From NCBI GenBank assembly GCA_965249715.1, contig CBDFMP010000049.1, positions 8,547-72,546 on the forward strand: a stretch of 64,000 bases of DNA, read 5' to 3'. Below, piece after piece: positions 11,309-21,629 of the stretch. Every line of letters begins with the position of its first letter. Within the stretch, counting starts at the first letter, position 1. Below the pieces are notes generated by a model. The model ran no database searches and was not told where the DNA came from. It saw only the letters and a program-made list of their open reading frames with translations. Made by a program: the position numbers and the translations under genes. This stretch comes from Spirochaetota bacterium (lineage in GTDB: Bacteria; Spirochaetota; UBA12135; COTS27).

Positions 11309-12814
11309 TTGAAAAAATATGCCCTTAATGTATTTGCGCTCAGTGTCCTAAGCGCATTCCTGTACACGCTCTCAATACCTGCGCTTTATGCACAGGATGC
11401 CGCACCGCTTCCAGCATCGGCACAAGTGCTGAGCCCCACGGCACCCGCACCAGCCCTTATCCAACGCTCGCAGCTTGCCATTACCTTCAGTTACGCTTTT
11501 ACTGAATTTGAAAATTCACTCAATCAAACCTTTCAAGACGTAATCTATGTAGATAAACGTTTTGAAGATAATAATTACGACTCGCTCACAGCAGAGGTGA
11601 CACTCAAGGGACCTATTAAAGTTGTCAGCCTGCCGCAAACACAGCAACTGCGCGTGACGCTGCCATTGCGCATCGATGCCGTGTATAAATTTGATGAAAC
11701 CATTAAGGGTAAATTTCTGTGGTGGGAGCCCAGCTTTGAACTCAGGGAACACCAGCCACTCGAATTTGATATTTTACTCAGTTTCACATTGACTCCGCAA
11801 CTGGATCAGGAGCTGAGGTTGCAGGTTCAGACAGCGGTGGATTTTGAATGGCTGACATTTCCTTATGTTTCCTTTTACTATTTTTTCAAATTTCGCGTTA
11901 CTGAACAGGTGCAGATAAAATTGCAGCGCACATTGCAGCGTTATGCCCGTGAACGCATCGATCAAGCATTGCACGAGCGCGTCGATGTTAAAAGACTCAT
12001 CACCCAATACCAATACCAGCTTGCAAACGAACCGTTTATCTTAAATGCCGAACAACAATTATGGGGCGTCGCTGATCACCTGAGCGTAGTGGTGGCGCCA
12101 TTGGAAGTGACTGAACAGGCACTTGTGATGCAAGCTACGTTTACGATGAATTTAGATCTGCTCTGGGATGAAGACGGTTATCAGCAGTTGCGTGCAGAAT
12201 ACCCGCGGCTGCGTTTTTACTTGCCGCGCCGCGGTGAGGCTGGGGAACCAACGTTTGCTGTCAATGCCTCAGTGCGCATCAGCCCGCAGGCATTGCAGAA
12301 ATTGATGGTCGTGCGGATGACGCGCGAGCCCATTTTCATCAGCCAAGGCAAAAATACTATGCAGGTGCGCGAAGTGTACTTTAAAGCTCATGAAAATCGT
12401 CTGGTTGTCGATGTTTACCTGGACATGATCAATCGCAACGATACATTTGAAATGCTGGCAACGCTGTTTGCGCGTCCCGAATATATCCATGCCACCGGTG
12501 CCATTGAACTCAGAGATGTGGATTATTCACTGCACTCAGAAAGCTTTTTACTCAAACTTTGGAATGCCGCCAATAAGGAGCGGCTGCAGCAGGCGATTAT
12601 TGACAATGTGCGCTTGCCCGTGCAAGACCTGGCAACAGAAGTGAAAGCGCTCACCGCGACTGCACTCAATGAATTGGAATTCGGCTCTTTTGGCGAGCTG
12701 GAAGTTCGTCTTCCAGCAGTCACCATTCAGGATGTTTTCATGGATGGCAATTATCTGGTGATGCTTGTCAACTTTAAGGGAACAGCAATTGTGAATTTAC
12801 ATCAATTGTTTTAA
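11309..12814 (+). CDS. Exported protein, DUF4403-like
   Basis: N-terminal signal peptide; LRVTLPL and IELRDVDYSL segments resemble DUF4403 (recognised by eye). Confidence 0.6.
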   Translation: MKKYALNVFALSVLSAFLYTLSIPALYAQDAAPLPASAQVLSPTAPAPALIQRSQLAITFSYAFTEFENSLNQTFQDVIYVDKRFEDNNYDSLTAEVTLKGPIKVVSLPQTQQLRVTLPLRIDAVYKFDETIKGKFLWWEPSFELREHQPLEFDILLSFTLTPQLDQELRLQVQTAVDFEWLTFPYVSFYYFFKFRVTEQVQIKLQRTLQRYARERIDQALHERVDVKRLITQYQYQLANEPFILNAEQQLWGVADHLSVVVAPLEVTEQALVMQATFTMNLDLLWDEDGYQQLRAEYPRLRFYLPRRGEAGEPTFAVNASVRISPQALQKLMVVRMTREPIFISQGKNTMQVREVYFKAHENRLVVDVYLDMINRNDTFEMLATLFARPEYIHATGAIELRDVDYSLHSESFLLKLWNAANKERLQQAIIDNVRLPVQDLATEVKALTATALNELEFGSFGELEVRLPAVTIQDVFMDGNYLVMLVNFKGTAIVNLHQLF

Positions 12815-14308
12815 TGTCCTGCATTTGCTGCAACAAGCTTTTTACTCAAACTTTGGAATGCTGCCAATAAAGATCGGCTGCAGCAGGCGATTATTGACAA
12901 TGTGCGCCTGTCGGTGCAAGACCTGGCAACAGCAGTGAAAGTATTCACCGCGACTGCACTCAATGAATTGGAATTCGGCTCTTTTGGCAAGCTGGAAGTT
13001 TATCTCCCAGCAGTCACCATTTCGGATGTTTTCAAGGACGGCAATTATCTGGTGATGTTTGTCAACTTTAAGGGAACAGCAATTGTGAATTTACATCAAT
13101 TGTTTTAATGTCCTGCATTTGCTGCAGCAAGCTTTTTACTCAAGCTTTGGAATGCCGCCAGTAAAGAGCGGCTGCAGCAGGCGATTATTGACAATGTGCG
13201 CCTGCCGGTGCAAGACCTGGCAACAGCAGTGAAAGCGCTCACCGCGATTGCACTCAATGAATTGGAATTCGGCTCTTTTGGCAAGCTGGAAGTTTATCTT
13301 CCAGCAGTCACCATTTCGGATGTTTTCAAGGACGGCAATTATCAGGTGGTGTTTGTCAATTTTAAGGGAACAGCGATTGTGAATTTACATCAATTGTTTT
13401 AATGTCCGGCATTTGCTGCAACAAGCTTTTTACTCAAACTTTGGAATGCCGCTAATAAAGAGCGGCTGCAGCAGGCGATTATTGACAATGTGCGCCTGTC
13501 GGTGCAAGACCTGACAACAGCAGTGAAAGTGCTCACCGCGACTGCACTCAATGAATTGGAATTCGGCTTTTTTGGCAAGCTGGAAGTTTATCTCCCAGCA
13601 GTCACCATTTCGGATGTTTTCAAGGACGGTAATTATCAGGTGGTGTTTGTCAACTTTAAGGGAACAGCGATTGTGAATTTACATCAATTGTTTTAATGTC
13701 CGGCATTTGCTGCAACAAGCTTTTTACTCAAACTTTGGAATGCTGCCAATAAAGAGTGGCTGCAGCAGGCGATTATTGACAATGTGCGCTTGCCTGTGCA
13801 AGACCTGGCAAGCAGTGAACGCGCTCACCGCGACTGCACTCAATGAATTGGAATTCGGATCTTTTGGCAAGCTGGAAGTTTATCTCCCAGCAGTCACCAT
13901 TTCGGATGTTTTCAAGGACGGCAATTATCAGGTGGTGTTTGTCAATTTTAAGGGAACAGCGATTGTGAATTTACATCAATTGTTTTAATGTCCGGCATTT
14001 GCTGCAGCAAGCTTTTTACTCAAGCTTTGGAATGCCGCTAATAAAGAGCGGCTGCAGCAGGCGATTATTGACAATGTGCGCCTGCCTGTGCAAGACCTGG
14101 CAACAGCAGTGAAAGCGCTCATCGCGATTGCACTCAATGAATTGGAATTCGGCTCTTTTGGCAAGCTGGAAGTTTATCTCCCAGCAGTCACCATTTCGGA
14201 TGTTTTCAAGGACGGCAATTATCAGGTGGTGTTTGTCAACTTTAAGGGAACAGTGATTGTGAATTTACATCAATTGTTTTAATGTCCGGCATTTGTTGCT
14301 GCAAGCTT
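12541..14308 (+). repeat. Tandem array of 294-bp units: the gene's 3' end plus five extra copies
   Basis: AAGCTT at 12541, 12835, 13129, 13423, 13717, 14009 and 14303; one unit is 292 bp. Confidence 0.98.
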
Positions 14309-14335
14309 GCGAAAATTGTGTTTTTATAATACAAT
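14307..14335 (+). promoter_or_regulatory. Sigma-70-type promoter for SRP RNA/dnaX
   Basis: TTGCGA-N17-TACAAT. Confidence 0.55.
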
Positions 14336-14363
14336 ACACTCAGCGGCTTGAGCAGCAGCACTC

Positions 14364-14452
14364 AGGGAGGCCCTTATGCAAGCGGCAAACTTAATCCCGT
14401 CAGGGTCGGAAGACAGCAGCGGTCGGTGTGTTGGCTTGGCGTGAGGATGCTT
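14364..14452 (+). ncRNA. ffs: Small bacterial SRP RNA (4.5S), boundaries approximate
   Basis: CCGTCAGGGTCGGAAGACAGCAGCGG domain IV motif with GGAA loop; flanking stem CCTTATGCAAGC/GCTTGGCGTGAGG; conserved position upstream of dnaX. Confidence 0.85.
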
Positions 14453-14517
14453 GTTTGGGTGCCGTTGCTTTAGCTGCGGGAAGTGTAGCAAGCTCATTAA
14501 GGCTCTCAGCACTCAGC

Positions 14518-16227
14518 ATGTACACTATTTTTGCACGCAAATATCGTCCCGAACGCTTCCAACAAGTCCTGGAACAAGAAGCTGTCACGCGTACACTGAT
14601 GCGTGCCATTGCTGGACAGAAAGTGGGGCATGCTTACCTTTTTTCAGGCCCACGCGGCGTGGGCAAAACAACCGTTGCGCGTGTTCTGGTGAAAACACTG
14701 AACTGCGCCGCTGCCACAGAAGACGGCACGCAGTGTTGCGGAGCTTGTGAATTTTGCCTGGAAATCACCAAGGGCATTTCCTTGGATTATCAGGAGATTG
14801 ACGGTGCCTCTCATCGCGGCATCGATCAGATCCGCGAACTGAAAAGTCAACTCCCGTATGCTTCCGCACGCAAAAAATATCGCGTGTTTGTCATTGACGA
14901 AGCGCATATGCTGACCACAGAAGCTTTCAATGCCATGCTTAAAGCATTGGAAGAACCGCCGCGCAAGGTCATTTTTATCCTTTGCACCACTGAAAGCGGC
15001 AAGATCCCGGTGACCATTCGTTCGCGCTGTCAGCATCTTCGTTTTCAATTAGTCTCCGGTGACCATTTACAGAAAATGCTGATGCAGCTAGCTGAGCGTG
15101 AAAGTATTGCTGTCACAGCTGATGCTTGTTTTTACATTGCCAAACATGCTAACGGCTCTATTCGTGACGCTCAGAATTTATTTGAACAGGTCTCAGCATA
15201 CAGCGGCGGTACAGTGACGCAAGAAACAACATTAGCAGCCCTAGGCGCCGTTTCAAAAGAACGGCTGCACAGCTTTATTGTCCATCTGCTTGCCAATGAT
15301 CTGCCCGCCAATTATCGCTTGCTTGAAGAATTGACGCAGGATGGCGGAACTTTTGCCGCTTTTCTTTATGAACTGGTGGAACTGTTTTCAATGTTCACCT
15401 ATTTGCAGGCAGGCGTCAAAGAAAGCAGCCTCTTAAATATGAGCCCCGCTGATCTTAAACAATTTCATGAACTCAGTACACGGTTTCAGCGCGACGAGCT
15501 TTATAAACTTTTGGATTGTTGTTTTGAATTTATTCTGGAACTCAAGTACAACACAGCTGAACAAACACTCAGACAACTTGCGCTCATTAAACTGCATCGT
15601 TATCAAACACTTGTCAGTAATGAAGAGTTGCGCGCTGGGTTGGAACTTTTGGCGAAAGCCGCCAACCTGGATGCCGCTCCCGCATCAGTGCCTCAGTCGC
15701 CGTCTCAGTTGCAGTCTCAGTCGCCGCCGCATTCCGCTAAAGCCAATCCCACTAACCCCACCAACCCTACCGACGACGCTGCTGCCAGTACTTCGCCGCC
15801 ACCGCCGCCCACACGCGCTAGTGCAACAGTGTCTTTGCCCCCGCAGCATAAACATAAACCCGCCACAGTAAAGGCAGAAGCTTTTAAGCTGGATACCTGG
15901 AATGAAAGCACTTATCGCCGCTTGATGACAATAGCCATGCGTGCCGAACATCGGTTGGCCCCAACACTTAAAAGTTATGCCTTTGTGGATTATGCACCCG
16001 CACAGGGCAGACTCAGACTTAAACAAGTGGAGACAAACACTGCAGCACCAATGAGCGCAGACGCACTCAGTCGTAATTTGTCCGTCATGCTGCAAGAGCT
16101 GAGTATACAGGGACGCATAGTATTGGCTGCACCCATTAGTGCTGTAATTGTGCTCCCGCATCCGCTGACAACCGCTACCGAACAGGTGATGACAGTTTTT
16201 AAGGATGCCAAACTAGTGCAGCATTAA
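14518..16227 (+). CDS. dnaX: DNA polymerase III subunit gamma/tau
   Basis: ARKYRP, GPRGVGKTT, EIDGAS, IDEAHML, LEEPP, SRC; start moved to the ATG at 14518. Confidence 0.97.
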   Translation: MYTIFARKYRPERFQQVLEQEAVTRTLMRAIAGQKVGHAYLFSGPRGVGKTTVARVLVKTLNCAAATEDGTQCCGACEFCLEITKGISLDYQEIDGASHRGIDQIRELKSQLPYASARKKYRVFVIDEAHMLTTEAFNAMLKALEEPPRKVIFILCTTESGKIPVTIRSRCQHLRFQLVSGDHLQKMLMQLAERESIAVTADACFYIAKHANGSIRDAQNLFEQVSAYSGGTVTQETTLAALGAVSKERLHSFIVHLLANDLPANYRLLEELTQDGGTFAAFLYELVELFSMFTYLQAGVKESSLLNMSPADLKQFHELSTRFQRDELYKLLDCCFEFILELKYNTAEQTLRQLALIKLHRYQTLVSNEELRAGLELLAKAANLDAAPASVPQSPSQLQSQSPPHSAKANPTNPTNPTDDAAASTSPPPPPTRASATVSLPPQHKHKPATVKAEAFKLDTWNESTYRRLMTIAMRAEHRLAPTLKSYAFVDYAPAQGRLRLKQVETNTAAPMSADALSRNLSVMLQELSIQGRIVLAAPISAVIVLPHPLTTATEQVMTVFKDAKLVQH

Positions 16228-16246
16228 TGGAACCCCCCGGATAACA

Positions 16247-16570
16247 ATGATGAATGATAATATGAATGAGCTTTTTAAAAAAGCACAACAATTACAGCAG
16301 CAGCTCCAGCAGCAACAGGCTAAATTGGCTGAGCAGGAGGTGGAAGGAAGTGCCGGCGGCGATATGGTGCGCGTGGTGATGCGTGGAAATTTCCAAGTCA
16401 CACGTGTGCACATTGCACCCGAACTGCTGCGGAAGGAAGACCAGAACATGTTGGAAGACCTCGTTGCATCAGCTGTCAATAATGCTTGCACGCAGCTGCG
16501 TGAGGCCTCACAAAAAGGTTTGGGCAGCATGGCAAGCGAGCTGGGACTCCCGCCCGGCTTCATGGGGTGA
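16247..16570 (+). CDS. ybaB: YbaB/EbfC nucleoid-associated protein
   Basis: EGSAGGDMVRV, MLEDLVASAVN; lies between dnaX and recR. Confidence 0.95.
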   Translation: MMNDNMNELFKKAQQLQQQLQQQQAKLAEQEVEGSAGGDMVRVVMRGNFQVTRVHIAPELLRKEDQNMLEDLVASAVNNACTQLREASQKGLGSMASELGLPPGFMG

Positions 16571-16586
16571 TCACTGCTGGTAAACA

Positions 16587-17192
16587 ATGAGCTCCGCATT
16601 TAAGGCAGCTTGTACAGCATTTGCCAAATTACCCGGCTTGGGCAGGCGCTCAGCAGAACGCTTGGTGTTTCATTTGCTCGCCCATAAATCGATGACAACA
16701 GAAGTGCTCACAGCACTCAAACGTGTCATTCAGGAAATGCAGCCGTGCAGCACTTGCGGGCTGATCTCCGAAACCAATCCCTGTAAAATTTGCTCAACGC
16801 CTACACGTGAACAGAAACTTATTTGTGTTGTGAAAACCGCACATGATGCGTTTAGAATTGAACGTTCGGGCGGATTCAATGGTTTATACCATGTCCTCGG
16901 CGGCTTGCTTTCACCACTGGCTGCGGTGGATGAACAGGATTTGACCATTGCGCAGCTCTGCACACGCGTGCGCGGGCAAAAAAAAGAACTCCTGCTTGCA
17001 TTTGAAGACAGCCTTGAAGGTGTGGCTACCGCTCAACTCTTGCGTGAGCGCCTGAGTAACGAAAACGGCTTGCGCTTTACCCGCATGGCTGTTGGGTTGC
17101 CCGTAGGAGCCGGTTTAGAACACATCGATAGCGTCACACTCAAACACTCGCTTGCTCAGCGTAAGCAGCTGGATGACCCGTTGACTCAATGA
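16587..17192 (+). CDS. recR: Recombination mediator RecR
   Basis: LPGLGRRSAERL, C4 zinc finger, YHVLGGLLSP. Confidence 0.95.
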   Translation: MSSAFKAACTAFAKLPGLGRRSAERLVFHLLAHKSMTTEVLTALKRVIQEMQPCSTCGLISETNPCKICSTPTREQKLICVVKTAHDAFRIERSGGFNGLYHVLGGLLSPLAAVDEQDLTIAQLCTRVRGQKKELLLAFEDSLEGVATAQLLRERLSNENGLRFTRMAVGLPVGAGLEHIDSVTLKHSLAQRKQLDDPLTQ

Positions 17193-17243
17193 AACATTGT
17201 TTAGTGCGAGCATTGCGAGCGCTTATGAAAGGCAAGCTTATTT

Positions 17244-18533
17244 GTGGCTGCAGCTGAACTTGAAACGTGTTTTCTTGCCGGTGCCAGTGGTTCCATCGGC
17301 AGCAATGTGCTCAGTGTTCTGGCGCATTTAAATGCACAGGCTGAGCAGCCTAAGCTGGCAATTAAGCGTAAACGTTATGTTTTAACGGGACTTGCTGTTT
17401 ATAAAAATACCGCCTGGTTAAAAGAAATTTTAAGCGCTCCGCAGTCAGCGCCTGCAGCACAGCCCGCTGTTGTGACGCCAGAACATTTGCAAACGCTTGC
17501 CATTGCCAATGCAGCCGCACGCCATAACTTCAAACAGTTTCTGGTTACCGTGCCCGCCTGGAAACAGCTGCGCGTTTATGCCAGTACAGCAGAAGCCATG
17601 GCAGCCAGTCCTGCCGACACCTTAATCAATGCACTGAGCGGCAGTGCCGGTTTGCCGCCAACCGTCATTGCCCTGGAAACGGGTATGCGCGTGTTGCTTG
17701 CTAATAAAGAAAGTCTTGTGATGGGCACCATGTTAATCCCTGAGCTCATCGCCCGCCAAAAGACAACACTCAGTGAGCGTATTGTTCCCATCGACAGCGA
17801 GCATAAATCCCTGCAAACACTTATGCGCGGCTACCAGCCGCATGAGCTCAGTCGTTATATTCTCACCGCGTCCGGCGGTCCCTTTTGGCAGCGTCCATTA
17901 GCAAATCCCAAACCAAGCGAAGCGCTAGCCCATCCCAACTGGGACATGGGCGCTAAAATTTCCATCGATTCGGCAACCATGATGAATAAGGGACTGGAAC
18001 TCATTGAAGCGCATGTCTTATTCAAAATCCCCTACACACAACTGAGCGCAATCATTCACAAGGAACAAATGATTCATGCCATTATTGAACTGGTTAATGG
18101 CGAACAGATAGCATTGATGGGCGCTAACGATATGCGTTATGCCATCCAAGGCGCATTCACTTATCCAGAGCTCAGCGCAGGCGCTTATAAATCCTTTAGC
18201 CTGAGCGAACACACAGCACTGAGTTTTCATCCCATCCCGGCAGGACGTTATCCACTTTTTGAGCTGGCTTGTGCCTGCGGCAAGGCAAGCGCCACCCTGC
18301 CCACCCTGTCCATTGTCATGAACGCAGCCAATGAAGCTTATGTTTATGCCTTTTTGGCGGAACAGCTTTCATTTAACGCTATGCTGAAAGGCATTTGCAC
18401 TGAGGTGGAGCTTTATGAACGCACAGCACACAGCGCTGACAGTATGCGCACAGCACGTTCTTTAAGCGCTATTATGGAACTGGATCAGGAAATTAAAACA
18501 CGCGTGCAAACACAGCTTAAGCGTAAACATTGA
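17244..18533 (+). CDS. dxr: 1-deoxy-D-xylulose-5-phosphate reductoisomerase
   Basis: GASGSIG, LANKESLV, PIDSEH, LTASGGPF, HPNWDMGAKISIDSATMMNKGLELIEA. Confidence 0.97.
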   Translation: MAAAELETCFLAGASGSIGSNVLSVLAHLNAQAEQPKLAIKRKRYVLTGLAVYKNTAWLKEILSAPQSAPAAQPAVVTPEHLQTLAIANAAARHNFKQFLVTVPAWKQLRVYASTAEAMAASPADTLINALSGSAGLPPTVIALETGMRVLLANKESLVMGTMLIPELIARQKTTLSERIVPIDSEHKSLQTLMRGYQPHELSRYILTASGGPFWQRPLANPKPSEALAHPNWDMGAKISIDSATMMNKGLELIEAHVLFKIPYTQLSAIIHKEQMIHAIIELVNGEQIALMGANDMRYAIQGAFTYPELSAGAYKSFSLSEHTALSFHPIPAGRYPLFELACACGKASATLPTLSIVMNAANEAYVYAFLAEQLSFNAMLKGICTEVELYERTAHSADSMRTARSLSAIMELDQEIKTRVQTQLKRKH

Positions 18534-18552
18534 ACGTTTTTTTTTAACCTGA

Positions 18553-20934
18553 ATGTGTTCCCAAACTCCCAGAAAATCGCGGTTGCGCGGGCAGCTGAGC
18601 CGCTTCAGACGTGCCGTCCTGCCACAATTAGCCAAACGCCCTGCAGCATTAGCATTGAAAGTGCCAGCAGTTGCGCCGTCGCCGCTAAAGAGCCTGCCCG
18701 CCAACTTGGCGCAAACCTTTAAGGTTTCGCTTGACCAGCTGAACGTGCTGCTGTCCCCTCAGTACGCAGCCCAAGTCCAAGCGGACAGCTTCACCCTGAC
18801 AGACAGCTTTGCCTGGACCGGCAGCCGTCAGACCTTGTGGCAGCTATTGGCTTATGGCGAAGTTCTGCTGGAACTTTTAAATATTGAAACGGTGACGCAG
18901 ACGGCACAGCTTACAGACTGCTGGGGCCGTGCCTTGCAACTCATGCGCGGCACTGGGGTGGCACGCACAGACAGCTGGGTGGAATTGCCGCGGTGCTGGC
19001 ACGATGATCAATTTGTAGTCTGGGAACGGCTTTATTGGCGCGGCCGCCTTCGTTACTTAGCATTGTTGTTTGGTTGCGAAAAAGATACCGTCACCAATTT
19101 ACGTGTGAACGTGCAGCTTACCGTCACCCTCGCCGCGCCGCGCATGCGGCTTTTATATGTTCCCATGTTAGAGCAATACATTGAAAAAATTAAGCTCTGC
19201 ATGAAACTCTTTGCCGCCAGTCCACTGGCAAACGAACTGGCGAGTAAAACGCGCAGTCCAGAGCAGTACCATTTACAGCTGCAGCACCACTGGCAACGCG
19301 AATTTGCCCCGCGGGCAGCCGCTGTGCGCCACAAGGATCCCAAACGTTATTACGACTTTTTGTTTCCGCGCCCACTTGCGCACACCATAAAACTTATGGA
19401 AACAACCTGGCGGGAACTGCAGCGTTTTCATGCCCACGCAGCCATAAAACCACGGCTGCCAAGCGGTGCAGCATTAACAGCCCCGCTGCCCGCCACACAA
19501 AAAACCCTCCAGGCAATACGCCATGCGCTGCTGCAGTTTTGCGCAGCATTGCCGCAGACCTTGCAATTGCGGCTGCCGCCGCGGCTGCTCAGTAACATAC
19601 TGTCAGTACCCGAGGATATTTTGTTGACAATTTTTGCCGAAGGCTGCGAATGTCATTTTTTTGCACTGGCACTGAGCGCCGTTTGCCCATACTGTTGCAG
19701 CCCCCTCGCCTTAAACACCGGGCTATTGACTGCCGTCACAGAAACGCAGCGCCTGGAGCTGCAGTGCCCGTTTTGCCATAATGCTTTTAACGTACTGACA
19801 GCGGATATTGCCTGCAAACTTCAATTACAGGCAGCCAATGTGTTTTCAGCGCGTCATGTTTTGCCGCGCGCAACGGGCCTTGCCCGCCAATTTGCCGCCA
19901 CTCAGCTGGAGCTGCAGCCGCTGCCCGCCCAAACGGTCATTGTTCAAGCAACGCTTTCAGCGAATGTGTGGACACGTGTGCTTACCTTGCCGCCAGGGCG
20001 TTATCGACTGCTCAGTCATGGACGGCACCCAAATAGCGGATTGGATTTTATCATGGAAGCCGCTCCGCCAGCGGCGGCAGCGCCGCCGCTGCCAACACTC
20101 CCGCTTATTCGCACACAGCAAGGACAGCTAACGCACATTGCCGCGGTGGATGAAGCTTCTTCGCCAATACCTGTTTTTATAGGGGCACAACTTAAGGTGG
20201 TGGTGGAAAACAACGTTTCTGTTACAGCACCGCCTGCAGTTTTACGCCTGCAAAAGGTCACAACATCGCAACCGCCGCCTGCTGCCCTGCCGCTGGCTGC
20301 AGACGTTTTATCACTGGAACATTTTTTCCCGTACTTGCTTAAACATGCGCCGCAAACGCTGCGAAACCTTTGTACGCAGGAAAACACCCCATTGCAATTT
20401 GCTTTTAAGCGGCTGCCGCTGCTGTTATGTAAAGGACTTCCTGCAGCCGCTGGCACCCCCGATTTTTTGGAACAGGAAGCTGTATGGACAGCGCGCTTAC
20501 GCGCTGAACCTGGTGTCACTTGGCTGCCCGGTTTTACGTACCAGTGGCTTTGTTTGCTGCCAAATGAAGTACTGGGTCTCAGGCTTGCATTGGAAACCTT
20601 TGCTTATTTCTATAAACGCGCCCTGGCTGTGAAGTTGGTGTATATTTCTGGTGCTGGCAAATTTTTTACAGAACCAGAGCCACAGACCACCGCTCAGCCA
20701 GGTTACCCTTATGGACGATTGCAGGGAGCGGTTTATCATGCAGCAACAGCCCTGCTTAAAGAATGTGACAGCAGCGGCTTAATCCTCAGTGCAGCCAGTG
20801 TGAGTACTCCGGTGATGGAAAAATGGCTGCGCACGGTAGAGCAGGTGGATATTAAACGCTTGCCGCTCAGTAAACAAATCCGCGCTGAACTTGGCGCAGA
20901 AACTTTTTACTGGCTTACGCCTGCGCGTTCATGA
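18553..20934 (+). CDS. Divergent DUF5939/adenylate-guanylate-cyclase-like protein
   Basis: W.E.P..W...ERLY.RG N-terminal block, CPYC and CPFC pairs, LPPGRYRL, cyclase-like tail with eroded motifs. Confidence 0.5.
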   Translation: MCSQTPRKSRLRGQLSRFRRAVLPQLAKRPAALALKVPAVAPSPLKSLPANLAQTFKVSLDQLNVLLSPQYAAQVQADSFTLTDSFAWTGSRQTLWQLLAYGEVLLELLNIETVTQTAQLTDCWGRALQLMRGTGVARTDSWVELPRCWHDDQFVVWERLYWRGRLRYLALLFGCEKDTVTNLRVNVQLTVTLAAPRMRLLYVPMLEQYIEKIKLCMKLFAASPLANELASKTRSPEQYHLQLQHHWQREFAPRAAAVRHKDPKRYYDFLFPRPLAHTIKLMETTWRELQRFHAHAAIKPRLPSGAALTAPLPATQKTLQAIRHALLQFCAALPQTLQLRLPPRLLSNILSVPEDILLTIFAEGCECHFFALALSAVCPYCCSPLALNTGLLTAVTETQRLELQCPFCHNAFNVLTADIACKLQLQAANVFSARHVLPRATGLARQFAATQLELQPLPAQTVIVQATLSANVWTRVLTLPPGRYRLLSHGRHPNSGLDFIMEAAPPAAAAPPLPTLPLIRTQQGQLTHIAAVDEASSPIPVFIGAQLKVVVENNVSVTAPPAVLRLQKVTTSQPPPAALPLAADVLSLEHFFPYLLKHAPQTLRNLCTQENTPLQFAFKRLPLLLCKGLPAAAGTPDFLEQEAVWTARLRAEPGVTWLPGFTYQWLCLLPNEVLGLRLALETFAYFYKRALAVKLVYISGAGKFFTEPEPQTTAQPGYPYGRLQGAVYHAATALLKECDSSGLILSAASVSTPVMEKWLRTVEQVDIKRLPLSKQIRAELGAETFYWLTPARS

Positions 20935-21629
20935 CGTTTATTTTGAGCCATTTCACTTGAGACGAGCAGCAGCATTGGCGATTGCTTGGTTATCGCGCAG
21001 CGGTACGATGCTCAAGCCTTTCGTAAAGACGCGCACGTTCAGTAAACAAGTCCGCGCTGAACTTGGCGCAGAAACTTTTTACTGGCTTACGCCTGCGCAT
21101 TCATGACGTTTATTTTGCAGCCAGTTTCGCTTGACGAGCAGCAGCATTGGCGATTGCTTGGTTGTCGTGCAGCGGTACGATGCTCAAGCCTTTCGTAAAG
21201 AAGACGCGCACGTTCAGTAAACATATCCGCGCTGAACTTGGCGCAGAAACTTTTTACTGGCTTACGCCTGCGCGTTCATGACGTTTATTTTGAGCCATTT
21301 CACTTGAGACGAGCAGCAGCATTGGCGGTTGCTTGGTTGTTGCCAATAAGCTGATAAAACTTGGCTGCCGCGCAGCGGTACGATGCTCAAGCCTTTCGTA
21401 AAGACGCGCACGTTCAGTAGACATATCCGCGCTGAACTTGGCGCAGAAACTTTTTGTTGGTTTACGCCTGCGCGCATGACGTTTATTTTGCAGCCAGTTT
21501 CGCTTGACGAGCAGCAGCTTTGACGGCTGCTTGGTTGTCGCCAATAAGCTGATAAAGCTTGGCTGCCTGTGCATAATCCTGTCGCGCAGCGGTACGACGC
21601 TCAAGCCTTTCGTAAAGACGCGCACGTTC
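20864..21629. repeat. Tandem array spanning the 3' ends of two convergent genes (three extra units of ~170-200 bp)
   Basis: Each unit is a deleted TPR-gene 3' end joined to the last ~70 bp of 18553..20934. Confidence 0.95.

Noticed and set aside
12902-14282. Five independent 68-93 aa genes
   Set aside because: They are copies of the upstream gene's tail with no evident RBS, so they are treated as a repeat array.
12541-14308. CRISPR array or diversity-generating retroelement TR/VR pair
   Set aside because: Units are 294 bp with no unique spacers. Differences are not adenine-specific. No RT or cas gene is in the window.
14428-14517. N-terminal extension of DnaX in the ORF track
   Set aside because: It overlaps the SRP RNA. 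The conserved start is the ATG at 14518 (MYTIFARKYRP).
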